A stretch of DNA of 64,000 nt. It comes from Octopus bimaculoides (taxonomy: Eukaryota). Below, piece by piece: positions 24,120 through 37,192 of this stretch. Position 1 is the first letter of the stretch, and each line of letters opens with the position of its first letter. Position numbers and translations under genes: made by a program. Location: NCBI RefSeq assembly GCF_001194135.2, contig NC_068989.1:91785997-91849996 (forward strand), given 5' to 3'. The notes beneath the pieces were generated by a model. The model was given only the letters and a program-made list of their open reading frames with translations. It ran no database searches and was not told the DNA's origin.

Positions 24120-24336
24120 TAAATTCCTGTTTATTTTATCAGATGTTTATACGTATGTTTACGTGCCTTGTTCAATGTTTATTGTTTTTAATCGCTTATG
24201 CATTGTTTTATCTGCTAAAGTGTTGGTTTATGGTGTTTTGTTTAGAGAGGTGGTAGCTGTGGTGGTGGTGGCGGAGTCTGTTATTTGAGTCTCTTCTTTG
24301 AATGCATTAAAGGTAAAACGATCTTTGCTGTACCTC

Positions 24337-24371
<35 letters not shown>

Positions 24372-24918
24372 GCATGTATGTGTGTGTGTGTGTGTTTGTG
24401 TGTATGTGTGCGTGTGCGCGTATACATTTATATCTATAAGCAAGTTTGTATGCATTTATCAATATAAAAGTTTGTGTATACGTAAAAACACACGCATATG
24501 AATATACATATAAACACATACATACATACATACATGTATACATACATATGAATAAATGTATGCATATGTATGTATATATGTGTGTATATATGAATACGTC
24601 TTTGAATATGAGTATGTATATGTGTAAATTTCGTGTAAGTATGAGAGATTAGGATGCGAAATGCCTTTTAGCAGATGAATATAAAATAGTTTACTCAGTC
24701 AAGAGACGAATAAACACTCACATATATACACAAGTATTCCTATCTTGACATATATACATAACTATATGCAAGGAAAATGTTTGTGTATATATTAATTGCT
24801 TATTTTTTTATGGTGTGTATTTATTTGACTTAAAACTTGCCCGTTGAAGCTATAGTACAAGTATGCGGAGCAACGCACTTTCGCTGCTAAACGCATATAT
24901 AGATTCACACTCTCGTGG

Positions 24919-24965
<47 letters not shown>

Positions 24966-24971
24966 GCATAG

Positions 24972-25027
<56 letters not shown>

Positions 25028-25286
25028 AGCATATATACATATATATATATAGGTATATATGCATATATATATATATATACGTATATATATATATATGTGT
25101 GTGTGTATATATATATATGTATATATATGTATATATGTATGTATGTATGTATATATATATATGTGAATATATATATATCATACACACATACACAGACATA
25201 TATACATTTTAAGTGTTGACAGTTCGAATTTCAAAATGTCTCCCGTTCCTCTTGCTCTCTTCTTTCTCTCTCTCTCACTCTCTCTG

Positions 25287-25330
<44 letters not shown>

Positions 25331-26903
25331 AGTTTCCCTGTGTATTTTCACATATGTGCGTTTGCCTGTATCTATAATATGTGCGTGATTTTGCGGAAGC
25401 TCAGTTAGAAGTTTACTGGATGTTTCTTTTTCTTTGTAACAACAAACGATGACGTAAGCATCCTAATGTTCCTACATTAAATATATAAATAATAATTAAT
25501 TCATAGACTAGTCTTTATTGTGGTGGCCTATCGTTGTACCAAAAATCTTCTAAGTCTTGTTATATCAGGAGTTTAATGTGAGGTTGTCGTTTTTGTCAGG
25601 GAATTTTTTTGCAGCTAATCACTTCAACTTGAATATTCATATATGCATTTTCTATACATATATGTATAAACGTATGGATGTCATTACGGCTGTTTCATTT
25701 GTATCCTGGTTTTAATTATTTAAATTCAACCTATTAAGAAGGGGTTGATTTCCAGCAAGGAACCAAACAACTTTTCACAAATTTAGATAACATTCTCGAA
25801 GAGCTACATGGGCCTTATAGATGTTTTACATATCTTGAAATTATTTTACATATGCAAAGCTCATGTTAGCTGGTGGTTTCGTCAACTAGAAAATCCCAGC
25901 TTTTCATTAGGCCACTTACAATGTTACTAACATAATCAAGGAACAATATATATAAATATGAGTTTATAACGTGGATACAGAAGCTATTGACTGGAGAGAA
26001 TTTCGTTGACACTGGTTTCGAAAACTTTATTCGCACCCACAAAGCAGATACCGTGTATTAATCTTACAACGAGTTGAGTTTTCTTTTCTGTCATAGACAA
26101 ACGTACCAGTCACATTTTTGGTTACCTTTATTTGTAATTTTGAAGTGCAGAGTCTACCATTTTGGTATTTTGTTGAAATGTACACAACGGGAATACTTGT
26201 TGCTTTTATCCAAGGAAATCGCATGATATTCAGTTATATATATATACAGCAAAACAGACAATGGAGGGGATACAAAAATGACATACATCAGCCGGTAGAC
26301 ATTCTATTATGTCTATTTGTTTTAAAACATACGAAAGTATTATAAGAATACATACACATGCAAAGACTTGTGCTACACAAATATGTACTAATAATACATG
26401 ATCGTTTTGAGGGGATCTCTCGTTGTTAAATGTACGAAAGTCAAATAATCGCAAAGATGACTTTAAGGTGGCTCTTATACTTGACTGCATCGGTATCCAT
26501 CTAGATACATTTAGATATAAATATGCAAATGCGTAAATATATCTTTAATCATTAAACATATTAAAAATACACAACCGGAGGTACGACATTATAACGGTGA
26601 ATATGTAAACATACGAACGTTTCTGTATGTTCCTGAATATGGTATATGATCATTGTATGGGATATTTTTAATATCAGATTTTGAGAGTTATATGCTGCTA
26701 ATTGCAGCTTTATTAACTGCATATTATATTGCTTGCTACTAAGAGTTAACGAAAAGCATGCGACAGTAATTAGAAATCTGAACAATATGTCAAGGGCAGA
26801 AAGAAATACCATTACAGAAATATAGGAAGGAGTCGGTTGAAGATTAGAAATAGGTCTTTTGGTCGAGTACATATCTCTTATGTGCACATATCTACCTATC
26901 TAC

Positions 26904-26934
<31 letters not shown>

Positions 26935-27068
26935 TGTATGTATGTATGTATGCATGTATGTAATGTATGTATGTATGTATGTATGTATGTATGTATCTAT
27001 CTTCTAAATGCATATATCTATGTGTGTGTCAAAATATTTGCATGTGACACGCACACGCACGAACGCAT

Positions 27069-27103
<35 letters not shown>

Positions 27104-27926
27104 CACATACATATATATGCATACACAGAAACACACACACACACGCGCCTATATATATGTATTTATATACGCATGTATGTATTCTCGCATACATGATACA
27201 TATCATTTGAATATAATTACGGAAACTTTTATCTAGCTTTTCCACATATGCGTATCCAGATCATACATAAATACATACACATATACAAACACATATATGC
27301 CAACACTTGTCACACATTATTCAACACACTTTAACGCGCACAGCAAACACCATAAACAATTTCTATTCACTGCAACACGAAGAAAAAAAAATTAAATACA
27401 TTTATCATTATGATATTCTAAGTAGTAATTTGTCTCACTTTTTCTCTACCTTAACCTCCACAACAGCAAGGTCTTAATCTCTAGCACCTCATTCATCACT
27501 AAAACCTCATTTTACTGAAATCACTGCAACCAATGTATTTACAAAACTGCCATAATATATAATTTTGCATAATATTCAATGGTCTCCTTCATTAGCAAAC
27601 TATTATAGTGCGATGAATCATAGAAAATTAAGCGCCTTTTCATCGTACTATTGGGATTAACACATCTCTCAGTCACTCTCTCTCTCTAAAGTCATTATAG
27701 ATTGTCATTTTAACGCATATGAAACACAAACACACACACACAGATATTCATTAACTATATAGATGTCTGCGTAAATATGCACGCGCACATACACGCACAA
27801 ACGCACACACACAGAGACGCATATGTGCGTCTATGTTGGTATGCCTTTGTGCGTGTGTTTTGCGATAGGTAAATGCATATACATCGATTTAGAGACTCAG
27901 ACACCCACATATGTAGATAGGCATGA

Positions 27927-27969
<43 letters not shown>

Positions 27970-28496
27970 ATCTACATGTATATAAAATACATATACTTGT
28001 ATATATATATATATATATATATATATNNNNNNNNNNNNNNNNNNNNNNNNNNNNNNNNNNNNNNNNNNNNNNNNNNNNNNNNNNNNNNNNNNNNNNNNNN
28101 ATATACATATATATATATATTACAAAATTCCATATGGAGACTTTATTTAAGTGATTGAAGTACTTAGAATGGTTTCACTCACATTCGTCCAAAATGCGAT
28201 GTGTTACATCCCCTGGATTGCTGTTTTTGATAGGGGTTCATCTCGCCTAAATCGATCTTGCCAAGCATTTTCCTCTTACAATATCACGTTCTATACTCTC
28301 GGGCTTGGTGTTAGATCGACCAGTTATGATTCTCTTTTGAGGTCAACCCTTCTATAAACTAAAGTTAAAATTTTTTTACCGTTTAACATCCGTTTAACAT
28401 CCGTTGTGTGAATAAAAGAACGGATACTAAAGGACGGAATATCTTGTAGTCGGGTTATCCCTGGTTTACACAACAATAGGCATTACAATAAAAATA

Positions 28497-29313
28497 CGAG
28501 GTCCTTAAATAAATTAACGAGCTTTTTTCAGCAGGTACTTTTTTAATTACAGTTAAACTGCAAATCAACTATTATTCTTTAATAAAAGTTCCCCTGGGAA
28601 GCTACACAGCGCTCAGGACGTCACTTTCTCTCTTCACATCAGTGCTAGAACTCTGAAACTGGAATAGCCCTAAGCTGGTCGGTTACAGCCGTTTTTGCGC
28701 TATCAACGTGCCAAAATCAGGCCCTTTGAGGTGACATTTGAAGCTGGGAAGAGAAAGAAGTCACACCGTGAATACGGGCGCTGAGGGACAACATGGATGC
28801 CTTTCAGCTCAAAAAAAGATCTGTAATCGAAAGCAGCATTATCATGAGGCAACTTACAAATGTCTTTGATGTTTAGCCTTATTTGAGCAACCCATCTCTG
28901 GTTCGTTCCACATTATCGTCATCTTCTGAAGCAGATTGCCTTTCTGAACGAGGGTCATCATCAAGGGTTTCGTGTCCTTCTAAAAAGGTTTGGACTATCT
29001 GGAAACCTGTGTTCTTGAAGAAGCAATCGTCCTGTAAGACTGTTGAAGTTTTGCACATGTTTCAGTGCATTGTGTCTGAGTTTGAAATAAAACTTGACCG
29101 CACAGTGTTCTCCTTAACTGTCCTTGCACAAAACAAAATCACTTCACAAAATATGTGATCCACTGTCCACCTGTGAACGGAACATGGTTGTGGTTGCGGC
29201 TTGAACTGGAGTTGTAGGAGCCGTTGATGTGGCAACACTGTAAAGCGGAATCCCACAGTATTGACTCATCGAACAGTATTAGACTAGTCCCATTGCTTTG
29301 TCTAACGACCTCT
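28497..29313 (-). mobile_element. Internally deleted, decayed mariner element
   Basis: N-terminal HTH region FLEGHETLDDDPRSERQSASEDDDNVERTR (~28890-29110). C-terminal PYS..CDFFLFP..KCHLKG and RCVASQG (~28580-28780). Degenerate TIRs TACGAGGTCCTTA / TAAGAGGTCGTTA, with TA at both ends. Confidence 0.8.
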
Positions 29314-29499
29314 TATAACTACAAATGTATAAGTGAAAACACATGTGGTCGTAAGTCCTTAACAGACGGTTGCAACGCGTATTGAAATCGTATATGTAAA
29401 AAGCAGGGGTTGGTCAAGTTTGGAACGACTCAAGTTGCCGACAAGAGTCGATCTGCAGTTAAGTATTCCAGAATACAATATTAGTATAACGACAATACC

Positions 29500-29764
29500 A
29501 CCACCATCTAGAAATACCACCACGACCACGACCACCACCATCGTATTCACAGCTCTAAAATTTATGCTTCTGCCATCACAACAATCACCGCCACAATAAC
29601 AAGCACACTACCTCTATTACCCACATTCCCGCCATACTGTGAAATTTATACCATGACCACCGCTGTCACTACAGGCACCACCTCCAGCACCACCGCCATC
29701 TTTACTAACACTATCATCAGACATATTACCAACAACAACACCTCACCATACCAGTCACCCGTTC

Positions 29765-29826
<62 letters not shown>

Positions 29827-30460
29827 CGACAACACTACAACCACCACCACCACCACCACCACCAATTTCATTAGCAAGACTTACATCATGCCACAATTGA
29901 TACAGCAACACCGCCATTACAACAAACACCGCCACCATTGGCAACAATAGCAGCACGTTCATTTCCATGACGCTTTCATGTCCTAACGACACTACCATGA
30001 CCAGCACCATCAATGGCGGCTACCAACATCACCACTACCACCAGTGCTACAACTTGCCACAATATTGGCACCGCTCCCGTTAATATTGTCTCCACCAAAA
30101 CATAACATCCAACACCTCAGACATCGACACCGTCATCGCCACCACCAATAAAATCGTTACCTCCAGGGACCCTCTTAACATCAACCATCATCACCGCCAA
30201 AATTATCAACACCAACACCAACGCCACCATCAGCAACACATTCAACATCACTCTCACCACCAACACCTCCGCCATCATCATTATCCTCACCATCATCACC
30301 ATGACAACCCCAGCATCACTACCACCGCTAACACCACCATTAGCAGTATTGTCTTCACAGCCACTACCACAATCACCAACACCACCGTAAGAATTATCTC
30401 CATAATCCCGCCAAAACATACACCGTCGCCGTTACAGACACCCCACCACCACGATAAGCA
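29500..30460. repeat. (CAC)n/(CAA)n-rich low-complexity region
   Basis: Direct reading. Includes a near-perfect (CAA)n at ~29778-29830. Confidence 0.9.
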
Positions 30461-31289
30461 GCGCATTTTTTAAATATGGCCGCCAGGAGCACTCTAATCA
30501 AGACGTCTGTACCGAATCGTATTCACCTATCTACACAGCCATTGTTGCGTTGTCTCGGTAAGTTGGTGCGGTAGACTTCGTATCTCTATACATTAGCCAT
30601 CAAAGTATTGCATTGTTACATTAATTTAATTACCAGGAAAGTAATTGTTTTAAGAAATGAATATATATANNNNNNNNNNNNNNNNNNNNNNNNNNNNNNN
30701 NNNNNNNNNNNNNNNNNNNNNNNNNNNNNNNNNNNNNNNNNNNNNNNNNNNNNNNNNNNNNNNNNNNNNNNNNNNNNNNNNNNNNNNNNNNNNNNNNNNN
30801 NNNNNNNNNNNNNNNNNNNNNNNNNNNNNNNNNNNNNNNNNNNNNNNNNNNNNNNNNNNNNNNNNNNNNNNNNNNNNNNNNNNNNNNNNNNNNNNNNNNN
30901 NNNNNNNNNNNNNNNNNNNNNNNNNNNNNNNNNNNNNNNNNNNNNNNNNNNNNNNNNNNNNNNNNNNNNNNNNNNNNNNNNNNNNNNNNNNNNNNNNNNN
31001 NNNNNNNNNNNNNNNNNNNNNNNNNNNNNNNNNNNNNNNNNNNNNNNNNNNNNNNNNNNNNNNNNNNNNNNNNNNNNNNNNNNNNNNNNNNNNNNNNNNN
31101 NNNNNNNNNNNNNNNNNNNNNNNNNNNNNNNNNNNNNNNNNNNNNNNNNNNNNNNNNNNNNNNNNNNNNNNNNNNNNNNNNNNNNNNNNNNNNNNNNNNN
31201 NNNNNNNNNNNNNNNNNNNNNATATATATATATATATATACAGAAAGAAATGACAGGGGTACAGTGAACTTGCCGTGTGGACTGGAATA

Positions 31290-32300
31290 TCCAACGTTTC
31301 GGATTCAATTCCTTCTTCAAGGGGCAGCGAAAAAGAGAAGGAAATGAGAAAAAAGTCTCCAATGTAAAAAGCACCGTAGAATTTGCATATGATGCAATAT
31401 ATGAGATTCGCCAAAGTGCAACAGAAGTAATGTGTAATATTATATTGCTTCTTGAGCCCTGTGATGGTGGTAATATTGTTGATGTAGGGGCATGTGTTAC
31501 ATCGTTGACGAGAACATTTAAATGTTGTGCGGAGCTGGGAGCTGTGGTGTTTCTAACAAGGAGATTTCTAAGACTCCTATCTTTCTTAAAAGACAGGTGA
31601 GGCGGTGTGGAAAAGATAAGGACTGTTGTTGGGTCAGAAAGAAGAATGCAAAAGTTGTGCGTGAGTTTGTGCTTTAGAGGAAGGATGGACGGGGTTAATG
31701 TGAGGGAGAGAGAGAGAGTGGAATACGGTCGGTGGAAGTGCGTGAAGATTGTAGAAGAGCAGTGGTGCGGTTGATGGCTTGGGCTCGGTGGAGTGCCCGG
31801 TTGACAACTGATGGAGGATACTCTCGATTTAGAAAAAAAATACTGTCGCATCGTTTTGCAATTGGATTCGAAATCCGAATCGATTCTGCTAAGTCGTCGA
31901 AGGCGGAGAAATTGAAAGAAAGGTATAGCAGATTTAATATGTTTGGGGTGAGAAGAAGAGTAGTGGAAGTAGGAATGGGAATCAGTAGGTTTATAGTAGA
32001 CAGATGTGAAGAGGTGGGTATTGTGTATTTTGACGGTGATGTCCAGAAAGCAAAGTATCAGATATGAATTCTAAGGCTGGGTGAAAGGTGTTAACAAAAG
32101 AAATCAAATCGCTGAGCTGTTGTCTGGTGAGGCTTGTGGCGCCATTGTAGTCATCAATGTAACGACCATAAAGCTATGGGTCCAGGGAAGTGAGCAAAGA
32201 TTTGCTCCTTTACATAACTTACAAAAACTTTTGGCATAATTGGGGCCCATCCTGATGCCCATAGCAACACCGTTGAATGCTTATAGAATTCACCAGGGAA
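31290..32300 (-). mobile_element. Penelope-like retroelement fragment (RT C-terminal half + GIY-YIG endonuclease start + terminal hammerhead motif)
   Basis: NGVAMG..MGPNYA, RYIDD, VYYKPTDSHSY..YSSSHPKH.KSAIP..QFLRLRR, IFSTPPHLSFKKDRSLRNLLVR, and LIYCIICK..GAFYIG. Multiple frameshifts. Confidence 0.9.
31291..31324 (-). ncRNA. Minimal hammerhead ribozyme motif (C3U variant) at the PLE 3' end
   Basis: CCCC UUGAAGA A GGA-AUUGAA-UCC GAAA CGU U GG, with palindromic ACGU stem III as in PLE minimal hammerheads. Confidence 0.6.
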
Positions 32301-32325
32301 GGAAAATAATTGATGTATGTTTGTG

Positions 32326-32368
<43 letters not shown>

Positions 32369-33022
32369 ATGTGTGTGTGTGTGTGTGTGTGTGCATGTGT
32401 GTATATGCGTTTCTGTGCAAATCTATGCAAATGTACGAGCGTTTGCGTTTGTGAGCGTGTCTAAGCTTCTGTGTGTGTATGCGTAATTCTCACAAGACGA
32501 ATTCTGTGACCATTAGTACTTGTACGTTTTTGTCTATATATACTTGTCATGTGTGTTTATGTATTCTCAACAACTGCGCAATCCTCTGCGTGCGCCAGCG
32601 TACGTGTGCACATATGGCAATGTGTATGGGCATGTTTGTGGATGTTGTTGTCTCTGCGTGTGTGTATGCGTTTGTGTTTTTGTACTGGTATACAAAGAGG
32701 GAAAGAGAATAAAAATGGTAGGGAGAGACAATACTAGAAAAAAGATTATTCAACGACAGAAACGTATGAACACCTCAATATACACACCAACACACCAACA
32801 CACACGCGCACGCGCTCATGTGCACGCATACTTCCGTGTGTATCTATATAAAGTTGTACACGTAAAATGATATTCATAAAAATTGCTACACATTTGTATA
32901 CATAGATATACATTTATATGTGTAAGCGTGTTTGGAAGTATATGAACGTGTATACACATACAGTTACTAACACGCAAACACACCCAGACACACATATATA
33001 CACGAATTTATAAACATATGCA

Positions 33023-33153
<131 letters not shown>

Positions 33154-33338
33154 ATATCTGTCTATCTATCTATCCATCTATATACACACACGCACACACA
33201 TACACACACATACATACACATATCTATATATATTATAGTCAAGCCGGCAAGCAGGCAGGCTGGTAGACAAGCACATAGATAATGTGTGTTCGTGTGTATT
33301 TGTGTGTATATGTGTGCATACACACACACACACACACC

Positions 33339-33373
<35 letters not shown>

Positions 33374-34310
33374 NNNNNNNNNNNNNNNNNNNNNNNNNNN
33401 NNNNNNNNNNNNNNNNNNNNNNNNNNNNNNNNNNNNNNNNNNNNNNNNNNNNNNNNNNNNNNNNNNNNNNNNNNNNNNNNNNNNNNNNNNNNNNNNNNNN
33501 NNNNNNNNNNNNNNNNNNNNNNNNNNNNNNNNNNNNNNNNNNNNNNNNNNNNNNNNNNNNNNNNNNNNNNNNNNNNNNNNNNNNNNNNNNNNNNNNNNNN
33601 NNNNNNNNNNNNNNNNNNNNNNNNNNNNNNNNNNNNNNNNNNNNNNNNNNNNNNNNNNNNNNNNNNNNNNNNNNNNNNNNNNNNNNNNNNNNNNNNNNNN
33701 NNNNNNNNNNNNNNNNNNNNNNNNNNNNNNNNNNNNNNNNNNNNNNNNNNNNNNNNNNNNNNNNNNNNNNNNNNNNNNNNNNNNNNNNNNNNNNNNNNNN
33801 NNNNNNNNNNNNNNNNNNNNNNNNNNNNNNNNNNNNNNNNNNNNNNNNNNNNNNNNNNNNNNNNNNNNNNNNNNNNNNNNNNNNNNNNNNNNNNNNNNNN
33901 NNNNNNNNNNNNNNNNNNNNNNNNNNNNNNNNNNNNNNNNNNNNNNNNNNNNNNNNNNNNNNNNNNNNNNNNNNNNNNNNNNNNNNNNNNNNNNNNNNNN
34001 NNNNNNNNNNNNNNNNNNNNNNNNNNNNNNNNNNNNNNNNNNNNNNNNNNNNNNNNNNNNNNNNNNNNNNNNNNNNNNNNNNNNNNNNNNNNNNNNNNNN
34101 NNNNNNNNNNNNNNNNNNNNNNNNNNNNNNNNNNNNNNNNNNNNNNNNNNNNNNNNNNNNNNNNNNNNNNNNNNNNNNNNNNNNNNNNNNNNNNNNNNNN
34201 NNNNNNNNNNNNNNNNNNNNNNNNNNNNNNNNNNNNNNNNNNNNNNNNNNNNNNNNNNNNNNNNNNNNNNNNNNNNNNNNNNNNNNATATATATATATAT
34301 ATATATATAT

Positions 34311-34462
34311 ACACGATGGCCTTCTTTCAGTTTCCGGCTACCAAGTCCACTCATAAGGTTTTGGTTGGCCCGAGGCTATAGAAGAAGACACATGCCCAAG
34401 GTGCCACGCAGTGGGACTGAGCCCGGAACCAAGTGGTTGTGAAGCAAGCTTCTTACTACACA
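34311..34462 (-). mobile_element. Family-B SINE 5' half, minus strand
   Basis: CTTCTTTCAGTTTCC...CCCAAGGTGCCACGCAGTGGGACTGAGCCCGGAACC is the reverse complement of the B head. Confidence 0.88.
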
Positions 34463-34499
34463 CATACATATATAGACTTCATTACGCACAGCTGTATGT

Positions 34500-34832
34500 A
34501 GGCGTAGGTGCGGCTGCGTGGTAAAGAACTTGCTACCCAACCACATTCTTCTGGGTTCCGCTTCAGTGCGTGACACCTTGGGAAGTCTCCTCTGCTACAC
34601 CGCAGAGCCGACTAAAGCCTTGCGAATGATGTGTATGCGTATCTTTGTGTCCGTGTTTGTTCCCTGCCATCACTGGACAACCGGTGTTGGTGTACTTACG
34701 TTGGTGTGTTTACGTTCTCATTACCAGAATAAGTACCCGGATTTACAAAAAATGCACTGGGACTGATACATTAGACTAAAAATTCTTGCAGGTGGTGCCC
34801 CAATATGACCGCATTCTGCCAACTGAAACAAG
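34500..34832 (+). mobile_element. Family-B SINE, diverged, head-to-head with the previous copy
   Basis: GGCGTAGGTGCGGCTGCGTGGTAAAGAACTTGCTACCCAACCAC...CACCTTGGG...AACTGAAACAAG. Confidence 0.8.
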
Positions 34833-35245
34833 CATCTTACCAAACAGCCACCCTTGCGCATATGATGAACTTGAAATTCGAATAACAAAGTAAGAGGTGT
34901 CCTCTAGCAGCTGCCGTGATCATACAGTATAGAATGATGGTAATCTCTCGGAGTCCGCCGAGAAAGAGCGTTCTGCATTTCATGCTGAACAATCATCATA
35001 AATGATTTGTTCATATTGGTTAACTGTTTCTGCTCTATATTAATACACTACCTCCATGACATCGACGTTGCCTGAACAAGTGCACTGTGAACCACACGTG
35101 ACATGTCGTGACATTAAGCATTAAAAATTGATCGAAAAGTTCGGATTATTGCTTTGGTTCGAAGGCTGAATGTCTTTCATGTCTACAGAAAATGTGAGTT
35201 CGCACCTTACTGGCAGCTTTGGGCGTTTTCCATACATAGTGTTCT

Positions 35246-35492
35246 TTAAAACTTTATTTTAACGCGTTTATTCATTGCTTTATCGACTTCGAAGTCCACA
35301 TTTAACAAAGTGATGGCAGAGCACCGTGAGAAGTGTTCTGTTCTATTGAACGTCATGCACCAACCGGCCCAGAAATTGAAAAAACATCTCGTGATCGTGA
35401 ATGCAATACGATAATCACTATGCCATGCGCCCTGACGTTCGTACAATGTAGTTATAAGGGAATACACTTCCTCAATTCGTAATGTTGTTGGA
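35246..35492 (-). CDS. Candidate terminal exon, unknown product (PTTLRIEEVYSLITTLYERQGAWHSDYRIAFTITRCFFNFWAGWCMTFNRTEH...KRVKIKF*)
   Basis: Strong minus-strand acceptor TTCATTTTGTAACCATATTCTTTCGCTTTCAG, followed by 81 open codons in non-repetitive DNA. Confidence 0.3.
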
Positions 35493-36092
35493 CTGAAAGC
35501 GAAAGAATATGGTTACAAAATGAACTTGTTAGCAATGTCTTAGTGTTTCCGACTGCAAGTATTTGCGGTGTCGAACGCAGAAATATGTCTATTGGATCAT
35601 AGATAGCAATTTTGTGAATCAAATATGTTGGTGTCTATTTACTAATATACCTTTATCTACTCATGTTTGTATATATGTGTATATAAAGAACTCTGTGATA
35701 TAAATGACATTTAATGCAATTCGGAGTTGCTCACGTGTGTATAAATGTATGCAGGTATGTATACTTATGTGTAGAAGTGCATGCAAATATAAATCTGTGT
35801 ATGAAGGGCGCATGCGCGTTACTGTGTGTATGGACAATAACAATGATCATTCACCATATCTTTCCATACTAGCCGTCCCTGAGGTTTACATGTATTTAAG
35901 AGATGTTTGCTATCTAATGCCCGGTTGTGTAATATCCGTTGCGAAGCTGCTTCGTAAGATTGGCTGTAATGGTTCTAGAATATAGTATAATAAATAATAC
36001 ATCCACTCTATTGAGAAATATGTGAATGCCTAATTTTTCTGACTTATAGATTCATAGACGTCTATATATACACACATACATACAGGTGGATA

Positions 36093-36162
<70 letters not shown>

Positions 36163-36194
36163 TACATGTATACATATATGTATATATATGTATG

Positions 36195-36229
<35 letters not shown>

Positions 36230-36744
36230 ATTGGCCTGACCGCTGCTCGCACAACACCTCATTTTCCTGTCTCATGACTCTTATCAATGTTTGTTGCCGT
36301 AAAGCTTCCACGTTACACGCCAACTTAACTTGTCTTTTCAGTCGAAAGACATCCGTTGTTATTCTTGTTGTTTGTGTTTGTAATCATGTAACATTTTCTC
36401 CGTTTTGTCGTTTTTTTCTCGCCCGTTTTGTCGAACATATTCGCTCGCTTTCTTCCAAAAATTTACTGCCCTTCGCTTAGATTATTTTGGGACCTACCAA
36501 TTTTGAACACTCTCATGTGTAACACGCCGAAACTGTAATGATGATTGGAAGCTTGACTGATGAATAGAAAGCCACGAATGTTCTGTCCTGGTTTTCCTGT
36601 CCATCTTTGTATCGTCCATCTGCCCGTATTTTTTTTATAATCGTCTGTTACGTTCTTGCTCCGATTTTTGGATTTATATATACACATAGCGGCGTGCGTA
36701 CACCTGTTGCTCAGCTTCTAAGTAAGTATATATATATATATATA

Positions 36745-37192
36745 TATAATTGTCACTAAATGTGAATAGGGTGTTAAAACACTTACATTGCTAGAAATAA
36801 GAACTGAAAATAATCTACTGCTAGATTTAACGCACATAAATGAAAACATATAGACTAACAAGGACCATAATTATCCGAAAGATACCGACCGAAAATTCTT
36901 AAGACTGACGCATCAGTTTCGGCAATTTCTGTTGCCATCATCAGTTAAGTCAGTTCGTTGTTTGACTATTTCCGAACCTGTTTCTTTAGTAGCATATATG
37001 CTTTCTGCATCCAAATTAATGGATGATTTAGCGATTTTCTAATTTGTATACACAAAATTAATGTAAACAGCAGGTTGAAAATGTTTTACCAAAAACGAGG
37101 TGCATTAACTACAATATTAGAGCATTTTAGCTCTTATTTCTAGCATTCTAGGTGTTTTTTTAATATCCTAGTCACATTTAGTGACAATTATA
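36745..37192. mobile_element. ~450-bp element with ~90-bp terminal inverted repeats enclosing a hammerhead ribozyme
   Basis: TATAATTGTCACTAAATGTGAATAGG...CTAGAAATAAGA...TTAACGCAC (36745-36835) pairs with GTGCATTAA...TCTTATTTCTAG...CCTAGTCACATTTAGTGACAATTATA (37100-37192). The left end adjoins (TA)n. Confidence 0.85.
36890..36957 (-). ncRNA. Type I hammerhead ribozyme, structurally complete
   Basis: 5'-CGAACUGA CUUAA CUGAUGA U GGCAA-CAGAAA-UUGCC GAAA CUGA-UGCG-UCAG U C^UUAAG AAUUUUCG-3'. The core, stems I-III and a GUC cleavage triplet are all present. Predicted cut between 36903 and 36902. Confidence 0.88.

Noticed and set aside
25740-26240. Short protein-like frames (GVDFQQGTKQLFTNLDNILEELHGPY; KLLTGENFVDTGFENFIRTHK)
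   Set aside because: Short, stop-bounded, with no clear splice pairs or homology.
29653-29874. Poly-Q/poly-H ORF resembling a transcription-factor tract
   Set aside because: Entirely within a (CAC)/(CAA) low-complexity block with no adjoining domain.
36555-36580. CTGATGA-ATA-GAAA hammerhead-like core
   Set aside because: No stem II can form and there is no stem I/III pairing.
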